Source: Eledone cirrhosa
Lineage: Eukaryota
Direction of reading: 5' to 3'
NCBI GenBank assembly: GCA_964016885.1
Contig: OZ024744.1
Span: forward strand, 96,658,001 to 96,722,000
DNA: 64,000 nucleotides
Below are positions 31,112 to 43,974 of this stretch, in pieces (the first letter of the stretch is position 1; each line of letters begins with the position of its first letter). A model generated the notes under the pieces. That model was not told the DNA's origin. It ran no database searches and was given only the letters and a program-made list of their open reading frames with translations. The position numbers and the translations under genes were made by a program.

Positions 31112-32675
31112 ACTTAACATGGAGATGTCGAGGCTGCTTTGGAGTGCATCGGAAGAAACATAGAGTATAAGGCAAGAGCCAAACAGTTCGGTACCATCTC
31201 GGTACTGTTCAAAACCGAGGCCCTTGCTATTAAGCACTCGGTGACTCCCTGCAGAACGGAACACGTTATCATTCACCCGTCCTACAAGGGTAAAAGGACC
31301 GGTAAAGTTGCTCGGGTTTGGTTCAGACCAGACCTCCAGGTGGAAAAGAATTGGGACGAGGTAACGAGTAGAGTAGTCAGTCTCACCCAAAAATGGGCTG
31401 GGAGGAAGCTATCACTGAAAGGTCGCGTGGAGGTGACGAAGGCGTACATCGCGTCCGTCATCTACTACCGCCTGACCGTCGTGCCTTGCCCGTAAGCGCC
31501 TCGTCAAGTTGGAACGGCTCCTCTTCAAATTCGTGTGGAGGGGACAAGTTCTGTTGGTGAGGTGGTCCATCTGCTGCCAGCACCCTCTACGCGGAGGGCT
31601 GGGCATGCCCTGGCTAATGATGCGCTGACATGCGTTGAGGCTGCGACATCTCCAGATATTCTGCCTAAACGGTGAACAGGTGTGGTCGCCGTTTATCAGA
31701 CGGGCCTTTCCGCAGCTCATTTCTTTGACTGAGCTGCATCCTAAGTCAAGAAGAGACCGAGACTGGGTGACTGGCACCTGGAATGTTGCCAGGCACTCAC
31801 TGCCCTCTACCAAGTGGGCAATGCGATCAGTGGAACTTCCACTCTGGAGTTCTATAGAGGATTAGTGGTGGGCAAGTGCGATGACGCACTCGGAGAAGCT
31901 TTGGGCCTCGACAAAGTCGAACTGACCAGTCTGTACCGGAGGAGTTTCGAGCCGGGGACGATGGACAATTTCCAGAAATCCCTCGCTTGGCAGTACTACC
32001 GGGAGGCACTGCCGGTTTGGGATAAACTCTACAGGCACGGAAGTGCTGTCAGACGGACTTGCCCAAGATGCACACAGAACGACGAAACCATTCTGCACGC
32101 ACTTGTCCAATGTCCGTGCATTACTGACTTGTGGAGTTATGTCGAACAGCTACTGTCGCGTGTGGAACGAATCCGGCTATCGGCCGAGTCCATAGTGAAG
32201 ATCGACCCGCCGCCTTCCTTAGGTCAGGAAGAGCAGGAAATTTTCCTCTGTCTGGTGACAGTTGCGAAAGAGGTTATATGGTGGACCAGATTAAAAGGAC
32301 TGAAGACAGACACTTTTCTCTTCGGCCAACCCCTCATCAACTTCTTCAAGTTTCACCTGGAAAGGAAGGTGAGGGTGGAGAGAGAACTGCTGCCCCCCCC
32401 CCCCCCCCCCCCTCGTACATTTGCTAAAAGCTGGATGAATGTGGCGAGAATGGCTCGTGTGAATGGGCCTACTCTGACCATGCGCCTATAAGCTAGCTAA
32501 CTTGAGGAGAGGTGGTGCACTCCCTGGGTGCCCTAGAAGCGCAGGGTGGTTCATGATTGGTGGGGTTCCCGAGTCACCCCTGGGTCGTCCACCCCCTATC
32601 GGGGAATTTATTTTGTAATTTTTATGCATAGTTTATTTCATATTTTTATATCTTCATTGTTAAATTAGTCTTGCC
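31112..32675 (+). mobile_element. internally deleted Tx1-type LINE (ORF1 fragment fused to ORF2 3' part and 3' UTR)
   Basis: 31120-31299 is homologous to ORF1 at 45185-45360; 31300-32675 is homologous to 41740-40370. Confidence 0.9.
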
Positions 32676-32763
32676 ATATATCGTTCCGTTTATAAGTTCT
32701 GTTTCAGAACTTAAAACGATAAGTTCTTGTTTTGGGATGTCACTATCTATAAAACAACTTTTG

Positions 32764-32826
32764 TATTTTATCTGATGAGGGCGTACCAAACAAATTTTTG
32801 GTACCCTTGAAATATATAATAAAATA
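32764..32826 (+). ncRNA. minimal type-I hammerhead ribozyme (PLE-type)
   Basis: TATTTTAT-CTGATGA-GGGCGTACCAAA caaatt TTTGGTACCCTT-GAAA-TATA-TA-ATAAAATA; 8-bp stem I and palindromic stem III. Confidence 0.8.
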
Positions 32827-32958
32827 AATACGGTTTTATAAAGATAGATTCCATTTATTAATATTATTGATATTATACTCCAGAAGAAAACTTGTAGAGT
32901 GCTTCGAATCTGTTATAAATAAATTTGTTGAATAACCAACAAATTAAATAACTCTTTG

Positions 32959-33033
<75 letters not shown>

Positions 33034-33179
33034 GAGTTAAACAAGATTCAATGAGTACATGTACATCAAAGAATGAGTTTTAAAGTAGATTAGAAGCACT
33101 CTACAAGAAAGTATTTTCCAGAGTTATTAATATTAAAATACAAATATTAATAAAATAGATGTTCTTTTGATCAATTAAA

Positions 33180-33230
33180 TTTTATTATACATATTTCAGA
33201 GGTACAACAGTACGTCCTCATCAGACAAAA
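33180..33230 (-). ncRNA. type-I hammerhead ribozyme
   Basis: TTTTGT-CTGATGA-GGACGTAC tgtt GTACCTCT-GAAATATGTAT-A-ATAAAA. Confidence 0.75.
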
Positions 33231-34426
33231 TATAACGATACATGACATACCCTGAGATGTTAAATGGTTAAGATTTAATCAAGGTAGTGATTAAGTTACG
33301 AGAAAACTCAACATTTATACCCTAATAATGAGAAAATGCGAAAACGTAATAGAATCAATAGAGAAGGTATGAGTAAGAAAAACGTTGCTTTAATGTAACA
33401 GTTATAGAGATTTTAAAATGTGGGATACTACTAAATAGGATTATAGAGGAAGACGTGTCTGAAGTTATTATTTTATTACAGTTTATGAAAGCTACCGATA
33501 GATAATTAAAGAGAGGGAGAGATAAAGGGGAGTAATTTCTGCATAAATTTTTTTTCCACATATGGACTTAGCGGTTAAATTTCAAAATATTTAATTTATG
33601 TTATTTTAGGGTGAAGAATCAAAATTTTAGGTTTAAAAATTGATGATTATTTATATTAATTTTATAAATTTTATAAATTTTTTTAAAAGCCTTGTCTACA
33701 TTCCAAGCCTCCCATAAGGAAAAAACAGTAAGCAACCAAATTTGGATTTTAGACGTACATAATCAACAGTTGAAAACCTTAATGGCCTTTAATATTGCTA
33801 TATCTTATAACCATCTATAAAGGAAATAACGTTTGAATGAATGACACTTGTTTAATAACATGCTGGCACGTTGATATACGTAACATATAGTTTTTTGAAT
33901 ATTATTAACTTTGATTCGTACCATTATTTATCTATCTTTATTTTTCTATCTATGTTTTAAATATAGTTCAAATATCCAACCTGTAAACATTTGCGGACCT
34001 TATTTTGAACTGTGAATCATTCATGCGTTTACACTCTTTTATATATATGTATCTATTTAACTTATGCATGTTTGAATCTATTATCTAAGATTATAATCCT
34101 TATCATTTACCAAAAGTATACTGTCTCATTAATATTTAGTATATCTCTATATACCTAATTTTTTGGTAAATATTTTTATATTGTATAATAATATAATCAT
34201 ATTATTAGTTACGTATATCTCTACATTTAGTTGTTTTTTTCATCTATATTTATAGTGTATAATAACTTAATCATAATTATTGTTTCGGTATAACGCTATA
34301 TATAGTTTGGGCAAATATAAATATGTTGTACAATAATATAATCATTATTTAGAGTTCATTCTTCCCTTAAAGGTAGAACTAATATAGGAATATAAAATAA
34401 TAAATATTAATTTATTACGATAAATG

Positions 34427-34477
<51 letters not shown>

Positions 34478-35598
34478 CTGAAAACTCTGCGTTAATCATT
34501 ATATTTTGACAATGTATCTACTTGACAATAAATTCTTCGATATTTGTAACAGTAAGTACTTCTTAAATTTTACATACCGAAAATGTTGACACTGTTATAG
34601 GTAATTTTGTTAGTGATTACATTTAGGAGAATATTGAACAGTGTATATTTTTCTTTCGCGGGCTGTTTTCATAAAATTCAGAATTTTAGAAATGTAACAC
34701 TTTAAAAAAAATTTATAAAATTTATAAAATTAATATAAATAACCATCAATTTTTAAACCTAAAATTTTGATTCTTCACCCTAAAATAACATAAATTAAAT
34801 ATTTTGAAATTTAACCGCTAATTCCAAATGTTTACAGGTTGGATATTTGAACTATATTTAAAACATAGATAGAAAAATAAAGATAGATAAATAATGGTAC
34901 GAATCAAAGTTAATAATATTCAAAAAACTATATATTACGTATATCAACGTGCCAGCATGTTATTAAACAAGTGTCATTCATTCAAACGTTATTTCCTTTA
35001 TAGATGGTTATAAGATATAGCAATATTAAAGGCCATTAAGGTTTTCAACTGTTGATTATGTACGTCTAAAAACCAAATTTGGTTGCTTACTGTTTTTTCC
35101 TTATGGGAGGCTTGGAATGTAGACAAGGCTTTTAAAAAAATTTATAAAATTTATAAAATTAATATAAATAATCATCAATTTTTAAACCTAAAATTTTGAT
35201 TCTTCACCCTAAAATAACATAAATTAAATATTTTGAAATTTAACCGCTAAGTCCATATGTGGACAAACATTTTTTGCACAAATTATCCCCTTTATCTCTC
35301 CCTCTCTTTAATTATCTATCGGTAGCTTTCATAAACTGTAATAAAATAATAACTTCAGACACGTCTTCCTCTATAATCCTAATTAGTAGTATCCCACATT
35401 TTAAAATCTCTATAACTGTTACATTAAAGCAACGTTTTCTTACTCATACCTTCTCTATTGAATCTATTACGTTTTCGCATTTTCTCATTATTAGGGTATA
35501 AATGTTGAGTTTCCTCAAAACTTAATCACTACCTTGATTAAATCTTAACCATTTAACATCTCAGGGTATGTCATGTATCGTTATATTTTGTCTGATGA

Positions 35599-35790
35599 GG
35601 GCGGTGGATTGGCAGTATCGGTAGAGAGTCGAACACCATGCTTTGAAGCATAGAGTTACCTCCCTTTATGATCTGAGTTCAAATCCTGCCGAGGTTAACT
35701 TTGCCTTTCATCCTTACGGGGTCGATAAAATAAAGTACCAGTAATGTACTGGGTTATTGCTGGCCTTGTGCCTAAAATAGAAACAATTAT
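35599..35790 (+). mobile_element. SINE family A inserted into a hammerhead core
   Basis: TSD TTATA(T/C)TTTGTCTGATGA at 35581-35598 and 35787-35804; absent from the left IR arm. Confidence 0.9.
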
Positions 35791-35792
35791 AC

Positions 35793-35841
35793 TTTGTCTG
35801 ATGAGGATGTACTGTTGTACCTCTGAAATATGTATAATAAA
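35793..35841 (+). ncRNA. type-I hammerhead ribozyme (rebuilt downstream of the SINE)
   Basis: TTTGT-CTGATGA-GGATGTAC tgtt GTACCTCT-GAAATATGTAT-A-ATAAA. Confidence 0.72.
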
Positions 35842-35882
35842 ATTTAATTGATCAAAAGAACATCTTTTTATTAATATTTGTA

Positions 35883-36029
<147 letters not shown>

Positions 36030-36110
36030 GTTAAACAGAAATAAAAACACAATCGGTACAGTATATGGAAGGGATATATTTGGTTAACGGTGGATATAGC
36101 AGAAAGAGGG

Positions 36111-36146
36111 TCTTAACGTTTCGGACGTTAGTCCTTCATCAGAAGA
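36111..36146 (-). ncRNA. minimal hammerhead in a short PLE-type repeat (36025-36200)
   Basis: TCTT-CTGATGA-AGGAC taac GTCC-GAAACGTT-AAGA; palindromic AACGTT. Confidence 0.75.
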
Positions 36147-36274
36147 AAGAATGAGAAATAAGATAGATTGAGGGGCCGGGGGCTTGGAATTGGAAAAAAA
36201 TGTCTTACAATATGTTTTTAAATAAACATATTATGAAATATAAACATATTATGAAATATACTATACGTACATAC

Positions 36275-36327
<53 letters not shown>

Positions 36328-36532
36328 GTTATGCAAGAAATGCTTAGGATTATCTTTAATGCAGTAATGGTTAATTACTACACTAGATAGAGTTGACGTA
36401 CGGTGAGGGTTTACTCAACGAGTTATAGAAGAATAGTTGGAAAACTCAGTTTCTGATCCTTCTGTATTCCGGAGTGTAGATAAAGAATGAATAATAACAG
36501 GTAGACATCATAAAAAGGTAATTTATTCCGAG

Positions 36533-36649
36533 TGCTTACAAATGTTTCAACAGTAGTTATACAGCCTAGTCATGCTATGTGCAAATTAGTAATTATTTGA
36601 TTGCAGAAACTCAATTTTCAAATGCTCCCACTACCGTTTCCTCAGAGCA
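36533..36649 (-). ncRNA. hammerhead ribozyme with 9-bp stem II and 72-nt loop in the PLE 3' pLTR
   Basis: TGCT-CTGAGGA-AACGGTAGT [72 nt] ACTACTGTT-GAA-ACA tt TGT-A-AGCA. Confidence 0.8.
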
Positions 36650-37198
36650 GAATGGTTAAACTGTAAATACCCTTGTATTTCTTAAAGTAAGTTATTGGGG
36701 AAGGGAGAAAGAAGGAGAGAGGGAGAGGGAGGGGGAAGAGATATGTAGGGGTTGGAGAAGTGGGAGAGAGTGGTTTGAAGAATACAGATAGCTTAATCAA
36801 AATGTTGTGGTAGGTGTTTTATCATACTGTTTATTCTCAAAGTGATAACCTTAGGTCTTGTGTTGATGTGGTCAAGTTTGGAATTATTTATTGCCACAGA
36901 GAGTAGGTTCATAGATGTGGAGAGGGAGTGAGATAGAGAGAGAGAGACAGAGAGACAGAGGGAGAGAGAGAGGGGAAGGGAGAGAGAGAAAGAAAGAGAG
37001 ATAGAGAGGAGACAAACGAAGGCTACGAGATGGGCTTACATCGAGTTCATAGTTGTCTGCAAATCGCACTCAAGTACCCATTTATAATGATAAGCAGGGT
37101 ATTGGCTTGTAGAGTGGGGGTGGGGGATATAGTTAGGAAGTAGTTATTGAGAGAAATTAGTTAGCGAGAAAGCGATGTTGTAGTCTCGGGTTCAAATG

Positions 37199-39544
37199 TT
37201 AAGTTATTTTATAGTGAGATAATTTAGCCTTAAGTTTGTGGTTGCAGTATAACGATCGTTCGATTCTGTCATTTAGTAATTTGTTTTGGGATTTTAAGAT
37301 ATAAAAGAGTTCAAGGTTGCATAATCTGCTGTACTTCAATCCACTCCGATATGCACTAGCGCTGGATAGTTTATCCCATTTCAAGGTGAACTGTCGGTTG
37401 CATTCTCGAAGTTGCCAGGTCTTATTGGCGAGCGTAGTCACAAGACGGTGTTTAGGATGCTTAATCGAAAATCGATGACGATACCAGCGAGATTTAAAGG
37501 AGGTAGTGGTAGACCCGATGTAATACCATTTCTGGTCGTTCGATTCTACAGTGCATTGATAAACAATGTTGGACTCTAGGCATTTGTTCTTCAATGGGCA
37601 TCTTTCTGGTAGGTGGCAGTTGAAGTTTTATTTGTGGGTAGCAGATATCCATGGATAGGTTGGGATAATAGTTCAGGTGGGTTGTGTAATACCCCTCTCC
37701 CAATTGGTGGTTGGGAGGCCGATATTAGGTTACGCTCATCTGTTACTCAAATATTTTGTTTTGTAGTATTGTTTCATAATTGCTTTAAGTTAAGTTTTTT
37801 TTATGTAAGCTTCAAGGTTTGGTGCAGTGGAGTATGATAGCTTAATAGTCTTAGAGTTTAGAATCTTACTGTACTTATGGGAACTAGGGAAATGCTTGTT
37901 AATTAACTTAAAGAATGAAAGAGATAGTTTTGTACTAATCGAAGCATTAAAAACGGGATTATACCAGATATACTTTCTACAACGTAATTTATTTGAGTTT
38001 GGTGATGATTTTCTATTATTAGTATGTCTGGTGGTACTGTGTGTGTGCGTTTGTATTTCGGTACCCGGTAACATATTCTTTGATTGCGTGTGTAGCTGTG
38101 TGTTATGGAGATTCTTATCAATGTATTCTATATTATCCCGTTGGTCTGCATTCCTTAATGCGTTATTTTAGTATTCAGCATGTTCACTGAAAATCTCAGA
38201 GTTAGACGATAGGCGAGAGATTCTGAGAGAAATACTACGGGGAACCGATTTAATCATGGAGAGTAGGTGATTCGAGTTAAAATTAATATAGGTAAGGTTC
38301 TCATTTATCTTGTGGAAGGGTCGTATCAGTCCAGTATTCAAATTAAGAGTTACGTCAGGAAAATTTACCACTTTAAGATTGTATTGGTACGTTATTTTTA
38401 GACCCAGTTCACTAAAATATTTTCTAATGTTTTTCCGTAGCCTTTCAAGATTTTGGTTATTTAAGTTATTAACTAATAAAAGCGCGTCATCTCTATATAT
38501 GCCCCCCCCCCCCCCCCTGAAGATTACTAAATTTTCCATCATAGTATATGGGCTATGTAAATTCCCACAAGATCCGTGACCTCCGCTGAGTCGTTAGAGC
38601 CCATGGTGATGTCGAAGTTTGTGGGTCTGTCCCTACGTTCCAAGTAGCCGTTATCAAACTTGATAATAGTTTTCCTAGCCTCTAGAATAATATTAATTTC
38701 GCCCTCCGTTAGGTCGGAATTGACTTTGGCAAACGATAGGGCCTTACGTAAAGTACTGGGTGAGATTGAAGAGTAGTATTCGTCTATGTCGAATACTATT
38801 ATGTTGTATAAACTTAGACTTACTCTTGTTCTTAACGTTATTAAACCAGCGAATTGCTTCGCTAGTGTTGCCCCATAATTTAATTTCTATTTTCTCTTTC
38901 AATTGAGTTATTACCCTGTCAAGTATATGTTTGCTAATTTTTCCTATGTCTGATTTAGAAGGGCATATAAGTCTAATCTTAGGGCTAGAGTCAAAATTTA
39001 CCTTATGGTCCTTCGGGTTAAAGGTGGGGGTTTCGGGTATAATCGGCTCGGTTCTATCGTCCATCTTGAGATTTTTCACTACTTTGTATGCTTCGTTGTT
39101 AATGTTCGTTAGTGTAGTTTCACTCGTTTTTCTATATTTCTTATGTAGTTCTTTGCGTATGAAGCTGTTGTATGTATCGATATCCATGGTATACACGTTA
39201 GAGGTCTTATCAACTTTCACAACAATCCCATTGGTATTTTGCAGTCTTCGGAGTAGTGCTTTCATGTTATTCTGCAGCTCATTACTTCTATGTTTAGTAA
39301 ACTTGATATTCATGGTCATATTCATCAAGTCTTGTTCGAAAGCATCGAGATGGGGGTTTGTGGATGGGTTTTTACATGATTTAAAGCCATATGATTCATT
39401 GATTGATTCAAACGAGTGACTAGCGTGTCCCTTATCGAAATGGAAAGCCTTCCATCGTACACGCCGAATAAAGTCATTATTGCGTTGTATAATACCAAGA
39501 ATGTATTCCCTTTTGTTAGGTATAGGTATGTTTTTAAGTGACAT
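37199..39544 (-). pseudogene. PLE reverse transcriptase-GIY-YIG endonuclease, frameshifted
   Basis: SLKNIPIP...RWKAFHF...YGFKS, DKTSNVY, RLICPSKSDIG, GIYRDDAL, IWYNPVF, CPL..KCL..IVYQCTV...YIGST...FKSRW..H. Confidence 0.9.
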
Positions 39545-39800
39545 ACCTATATGATGTCTTTCCATATGATGTCTTACCGTATGTCGGTGTGGTTGCTCAA
39601 CTGTGCAGGAGGCGATTATTAGGTTATGCAAGAAATGCTTAGGATTATCCTGAATGCAGTAATGGTTAATTACTACACTGGATAGAGTTGACGTACGGTG
39701 AGGGGTTATTCAACGAGTTATGGAAGAATAGTTGGAAAACTCAGTTTCTGATCATTCTGTGTTCCGGAGTGTAGATAAAGAATGAATAATAGCAAGTAGA

Positions 39801-39893
<93 letters not shown>

Positions 39894-39898
<5 letters not shown>

Positions 39899-40060
39899 GA
39901 CGTAAAATAAAAAAATTTTAAAATTAAAAATCAACTTACTTACTAAAATTATATTATGTAACTATATTTATCCCCTTACAGAAACTAATTAGTTGGAGTG
40001 AAAATTTTAGTAAGTAAGTTGATTTTAAATTTTTTAAATTTTCTTATTTTACGTCTTTCA
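39894..40060. repeat. AT-rich inverted repeat (~57-bp arms) next to (TA)n
   Basis: TGAAAGACGTAAAATAA...TACTAAAATT / AATTTTAGTA...TTATTTTACGTCTTTCA. Confidence 0.75.
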
Positions 40061-40165
40061 TATAATTGTTCTGCATCCCCTGCATAGAACCACAAAGGTA
40101 CTAAGACATAACATATATTTGCTAGCATGGGTGTACATCTGTACACATATGTTGTTAGATGTAAT

Positions 40166-40274
<109 letters not shown>

Positions 40275-40554
40275 GATTTCATTTATTAGCCACCAGGGCC
40301 GACATGTAGGGGACAATACAAAGACAGGGACAGTGGGGGTTTACAATAAGGTCGAGTAAAAGTGCACAATGGCAAGACTAATTTAACAATGAAGATATAA
40401 AAATATAAAATAAACTATGCATAAATATAACAAAATAAATTCCCCGATAGGGGGGTGGACAACTCAGGGGTGACTCAGGTACCCCACCAATCCTGAACCA
40501 CCCTGCGCTTCTAGGGCACCCAGGGAGAGCACCCCTCTCCTCTAGTTAGCTAGC

Positions 40555-43500
40555 CTATAGGCGCATGGTTAGAGTAGGCCCATTCACAAGGGCCATTCTC
40601 GCCACATTCACCCACCTTTTAGCAAATGTACTGGGGGGGGGGGGGGCAGACCTTCTCTCTCCACCCTCACTCTCCTTTCCAGGTGAAACTTGAAGAAGTT
40701 GATGAGGGGTTGGCCGAAGAGAAAAGTGTCTGTCTTTAGGCCTTTCAACCTGGTCCACCATATAACCTCTTTCGCAACTGTCACCAGACAGAGGAATATT
40801 TCCTGCTCTTCCTGATCTAAGGAAGGCGGCGGGGTCGATCTTCACTATGGACTCGGCCGATACCCGGATTCGTTCTACACGCGACAGTAGCTGTTCGACA
40901 TAACTCCACAAGTCAGTAATGCACGGACATTGGACAAGTGCGTGCAGAATGATTTCGTCGTTATGTGCGCATCTTGGGCAGGTCCGTCTGACAGCACTTC
41001 CGTGCCTGTAGAGTTTATCCCGAAACGGCAGTGCCCCCCGGTAGCACTGCCAAGCGAGGGATTTATGGAAATTGTCCATCGTCCCCGGCTCGAAAGTCCT
41101 CCGGTACAGACCGGTCAGTCCGACTTCGTTGAGGCCCAAAGCTTCTCCGAGTGCGTCATCGCACTTGCCCACCACTAATCCTCTATAGAACTCGTGAGTT
41201 GGAGTTCCACTGATCGCATTGCCCGCTTGTAGAGGGCAGTGAGTGCCTGGCAACATTCCAGGTGCCAGTCACCCAGTCTCGGTCTCTTCTTGACCCAGGA
41301 CTGCAGCTCAGTCAAAGAAATGAGCTGCGGAAAGGCCCGTCTGATAAACGGCGACCACACCTGTTCACCGTTGAGGCAGAATATCTGGAGATGTCGCAGC
41401 CTCAACGCATGTCTGCACATCATTAGCCAGGGCATGCCCAGCCCTCCGCGTAGAGGGTGCTGGCAGCAGATGGACCACCTCACCAACGGAACTTGTCCCC
41501 TCCACACGAATTTGAAGAGGAGCCGTTCCAACTTGACGAGGCGCTTACGGGCAAGGCACGACGGTCAGGCGGTAGTAGATGACGGACGCGATGTACGCAT
41601 TCGCCACCTCCGCGCGACCTTTCAGTGATAGCTTCCTCCCAGCCCATTTTTGGGTGAGACTGGCTGCTCTGCTCTTTACCTCGTACCAATTTTTTTCCTC
41701 TTGGAGGTCTGGTCCGAACAAACCCCGAGCAACTTTACCGGTCCGTCCGTCCAGCGCACCACGATGCTGTTGGACGGCATGGGCTTGCCTCTCCAGGTTC
41801 CGAGCTGCAAGCCCACCGACTTTTCCGGGTTAAGTTTGGCTCCTGTCAACCTTTCATATTCCTTCAATAAGGTGCCGACCACCTCGATTTCTGAGGTGTT
41901 CGACACCATCACGGTGATGTCGTCCGCATAAGCCGACGCCGCCGTTCCACGTCACGGTTCGAGCGGGATGCCCTGCAACAGCTCCAGCTTCCGCAGTATA
42001 GGCTCGAGAGTCAATACGTACAGAAGGGAAGAGAGAGGGAACCCTTGACGGACCGATCAAGAGAGCCGAAATGGTTCCGAGAGGTGGCCATTAACCTTGA
42101 CCACCGAGCGTGTGCCGCTGTGCATTGCAGCGATCCAGCTTCTGAAGACAGGGCCGAAGCCAGCTGCTTTGAGGACAAACTCCAGATACCGATGGTCGAC
42201 CCTATCGAAATCTTTCGATTGATCTAAATAGATCAGTGCGCCACCGAAGCCAGGTTTACACCATACCCTCTCTATGATGTATCGCATGAGGTGGAGATTG
42301 TCGTGTATGGACCTGGCAGGGATTGCGCAAGTTTGCGCCTCCCCAACCAAATCCTCGACGACAAGCGCCAATCTCTTTGCTACCATCTTGTCCAAAATCT
42401 TAAACTCTGTGTTGAGCAGAGTTATGGGCCTGAAGTTGTTTAATGTATCCCTCTAGTTCTCGTCTTTCCTTATCAGCGTCACCACTCCCCTGCTCACAGA
42501 ACTGGGAATACTCCCATTCTGCTGCCAGTTGCAGTAGAGTGCTTCGAGGAGATCGGAGAACAAGTCTGGCATATTTACGTAAAGCTCGTAGGGCAGGTCA
42601 TCCAAACCGGGTGATTCGCGCCTCATGCAGCCGACATTGGCGTGCTGAATTTCGGCTGAAGTAATCGGCCTTTCGCAGCGCTCAGCGTCGACCGTCGAGA
42701 TGCGCGGCAAGCCGTCAAGGAAGGGACTGAAATCCGCTACTCTCTCTGACTCGCCACTCTCCCTGAACAACCGAGCAAAGTGTTGGCGAAAGGCCTCACA
42801 CATCCGTTTGGAATCGCTTATCTCGTGTCCGTCTCGGTCCGCCAAAGACCGAATTGTGGTTTTATTACCACGCTGCGCCTCCGCCACGCGGGTCCATCGA
42901 ACAGCTTTAGTTCCCTCGTTTCTCAGCGCACGCGCCTTAGCTCTGACAATGCAACCTTCGTGTTTCGCATTGAAGAAATGGTCTAATGTCATTCTCGCCG
43001 CTAGCACATCAGTTGCGATGCCACTACAAATAGCCTCGTCTAACTTATCTACCAGCTCCCCCTCCTTTCTATTTTTCTCTAACGCTAGTTCTTTGCTGAA
43101 CTCTATCGAAGTTACGCGAATCTCTCTTTTGAGCGCCACCCACCATCTGTTGTTGATGATACCCCCTGTCAACTTTTGCTTAACTAAATTGTTGACTCGG
43201 TCCCTGTAAGCCTTACGTGCCGGAAATGACATGTTCAGCTTCCAGTAACCCGGTCCTAACCTACGCGTTTTATTTAGGTAGACCGTACAGATCACAAATT
43301 TGTGATCTGAATAAGCGACCGTTTTACAGTCCCTGTCTATATACGATCTAGATGACCCCATTCGGTTGGTCCATGTCCATACTGGCACATTGGGGAAATC
43401 TAGTCGATACCTGTCAGACAGTTGGAACTGGCTGAGTAGATGCTTTAGGCTTTTGCACCCCCCGCTCCTATCGGCTACTCCCACACAATCCTAGCGTGCG

Positions 43501-43945
43501 TCTAAGATGCCATTCCAGTCCCCTGCTAACAGTAAAGGGCGAGACGTACCCAGAAAGGTCTCCAGGCGCCTAAAGAAGTCCGGTCGTCCGGCCTCTGTAG
43601 GCCGTAGACGGCCAGCAGTCTAAAGGCACCACCTTCACTACTGCTCATATTCAAGACCACCAACTTACCGTCCGGGTCCCTGAAGATCGACCTTACCTCG
43701 AGATCCAGTCCTTTCCTAAACTGCACTGCAACCCCCCCCCCCCCCCCCATTCCCGGCCTGCTAACAGATGCGAAGATCTGATAGTCGTCGAAAATGGGGG
43801 CTAGTGCGTGCGTGTCAGAAATTCTGGTCTCGCTGACGGCAATCACATCCATTTCCAGCGACCTGATGTCGTTGAGCAGGAGACCCTGCTTCCAGGGTGA
43901 CCCCAGGCCGCGAACATTTAAACTTCCTACTCTTAATATGGCCAT
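40555..43945 (-). pseudogene. Tx1 ORF2 (AP endonuclease + RT), several frameshifts
   Basis: SLNVRGL, SDH, GPGYWKLN, SPGLDDLPYE, DQSKDFDRVDH, CPRC...ILHALVQC. Confidence 0.9.
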
Positions 43946-43974
43946 GTTGGTAAGCTAAGAGAGAGAGGAAAGGT

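Larger units (their letters stand above)
36325..39807 (-). mobile_element. near-full-length Penelope-like element (Naiad-type) with pseudo-LTRs, inserted in (TA)n
   Basis: Direct repeats 36327-36511 and 39622-39807; RT + GIY-YIG ORF between them; (TA)n on both sides. Confidence 0.9.

Noticed and set aside
37199-37640. Selenocysteine recoding as reported for some Naiad PLEs
   Set aside because: The Cys codons I could read in the CNC...CPL...CL region are TGC, not TGA; the break there is a frameshift; no convincing SECIS seen
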